This document shows, piece after piece, positions 63,233 through 64,000 of a stretch of 64,000 nt of DNA (position 1 is the first letter of the stretch; every line of letters begins with the position of its first letter). The notes below the pieces were generated by a model that had not been told where the DNA came from, did not search any database, and was given only the letters and a program-made list of their open reading frames with translations. The DNA is from Deltaproteobacteria bacterium (GTDB taxonomy: Bacteria > Desulfobacterota > Desulfobulbia > Desulfobulbales > JAJRZW01), in the NCBI GenBank assembly GCA_024275015.1, contig JAJRZW010000032.1, positions 30,755-94,754 on the forward strand. Reading direction: 5' to 3'. The translations under genes and the position numbers were made by a program.

Positions 63233-64000
63233 ATGCTGGCGATTATTACCCCGATTAAAATTGCCGCAGGGGCGGAATCCCCCTACCCGCGGATAAACAT
63301 ATCGGCGGACCTTGACGTAAACGCCGGAATCATGCGCGCCGGGGCGGTAATCGACCTCCCCGCGACCAGTCCCGGCGAGATCTTTTTTCCCGGTCTTGAG
63401 ATTGAAAAAATCACGGTCAACGGCAGAGAGATCGACATCAGCAAAAGCGGCCCGGTATTCTTTAAAAATGACCACGCCCTCAACCTCAGGGCCTCGGATG
63501 CGGCAAGGACCATAAAGATCACCTACCGCTACCGCCCCGCCGTCGACGAGCTCCTCGGCCCCGGACAGATATACCTCCACCGATCCTGGCACCCCTATCT
63601 TGCCGTCCCGGCAATCTTTTCCCTTGAGGCGACCCTGCCCAAAGGCTTTCACGCCATAAGCCAGGCCGAAAAAATCGTTGAGAATGTAAACGGAGACAAG
63701 GTGACGGCAAGCTTTTTCTTCCCCCACCCCCGGCGCGGCCTCGACCTGATCGCCGGGCCCTATGAGATCAGCCGGAAGGAACTGACAAACGGCCCCGACC
63801 TCTACGCCTTTTTCTTCCCCGAAGACCACGATCTGGTCGCCGATTACCTTGAAAAGGCAGCGTCCTATATCAAACGCTACCAAGGCCTGATCGGCCCCTT
63901 TCCCTATAAACGCTTCAGTATCGTTGAAAACCGCCTTCCCACCGGTTTCGCCATGCCGACCTTCACCCTCCTCGGGCAGCAGGTGGCGCGGCTGCCGTTC
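63233..64000 (+). CDS. M1-family metallopeptidase-like protein, N-terminal part (runs off the window)
   Basis: Manual translation from the ATG at 63233 gives MLAIITPIKIAAGAESPYPRINISADLDV...YLEKAASYIKRYQGLIGPFPYKRFSIVENRLPTGFAMPTFTLLGQQVARLPF. The frame is open to position 64000. The start is uncertain. The track only shows the antisense ORF 63209-63883. Confidence 0.55.
   Translation, partial: MLAIITPIKIAAGAESPYPRINISADLDVNAGIMRAGAVIDLPATSPGEIFFPGLEIEKITVNGREIDISKSGPVFFKNDHALNLRASDAARTIKITYRYRPAVDELLGPGQIYLHRSWHPYLAVPAIFSLEATLPKGFHAISQAEKIVENVNGDKVTASFFFPHPRRGLDLIAGPYEISRKELTNGPDLYAFFFPEDHDLVADYLEKAASYIKRYQGLIGPFPYKRFSIVENRLPTGFAMPTFTLLGQQVARLPF

Noticed and set aside
63209-63883. 224 aa minus-strand ORF at the right edge
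   Set aside because: The plus strand is open from 63233 to the window end and encodes an M1-peptidase-like N-terminus ending ...FPYKRFSIVENRLPTGFAMPTFTLLG. The minus ORF is its shadow.
1-64000. tRNA, rRNA, transposase, integrase, prophage or known defence-system genes
   Set aside because: Visual scanning of the intergenic regions and all ORF translations gave no cloverleaf-like sequences or recognisable IS, phage or defence domains. A tRNAscan/Infernal run would be needed for certainty.

Overview
A roughly 60% GC chromosomal segment with no rRNA, tRNA, CRISPR array, transposase or integrase that I could recognise. The gene content suggests an anaerobic sulfate/sulfur- or metal-reducing deltaproteobacterium-like organism; this taxon call is inference only. 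Supporting content includes a selenocysteine formate dehydrogenase, sigma-54/NtrC regulation, HD-GYP proteins and a CHASE2 cyclase. Housekeeping genes: trpD-trpG-trpE, rpsT, cdaA-cdaR-glmM, tlyA, a fused prephenate dehydratase/dehydrogenase, nhaD, trpB2, adk and trmFO. Accessory blocks: (1) a sigma-54 promoter next to an NtrC-like activator, followed by about 13 kb of co-directional genes. These are a USP-like protein, TauE/SafE, a TIGR02186-like protein, and then a mirror-image arrangement: PpsA-like dikinase + CheY-like receiver / two T2SSE_N(MshEN-like)-DUF202 multi-repeat membrane proteins / histidine kinase + receiver + second PpsA-like dikinase. This last set is my best candidate for an undescribed system. 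(2) A cytoplasmic Sec-containing FdhA with sulfhydrogenase/AsrAB-like electron-transfer subunits. (3) An operon encoding a TPR-beta-barrel protein, a FecR-like protein, a beta-helix lipoprotein and a CHASE2 adenylate cyclase. (4) A copper island with an outer-membrane protein, a His-rich YHS protein, CopA with YHS and two HMBD modules, a YHS-HD-GYP fusion and a multicopper oxidase with a CopB-like tail. (5) A DUF3999/DUF2339 membrane pair. Nearly every intergenic region carries modular hairpin repeats, with several families including a 215-219 bp MITE-like element. Three genes carry apparent lesions: an A7 frameshift, an A3 frameshift and an in-frame TAG at a conserved Trp. All domain calls come from reading the translations; no database search was run.
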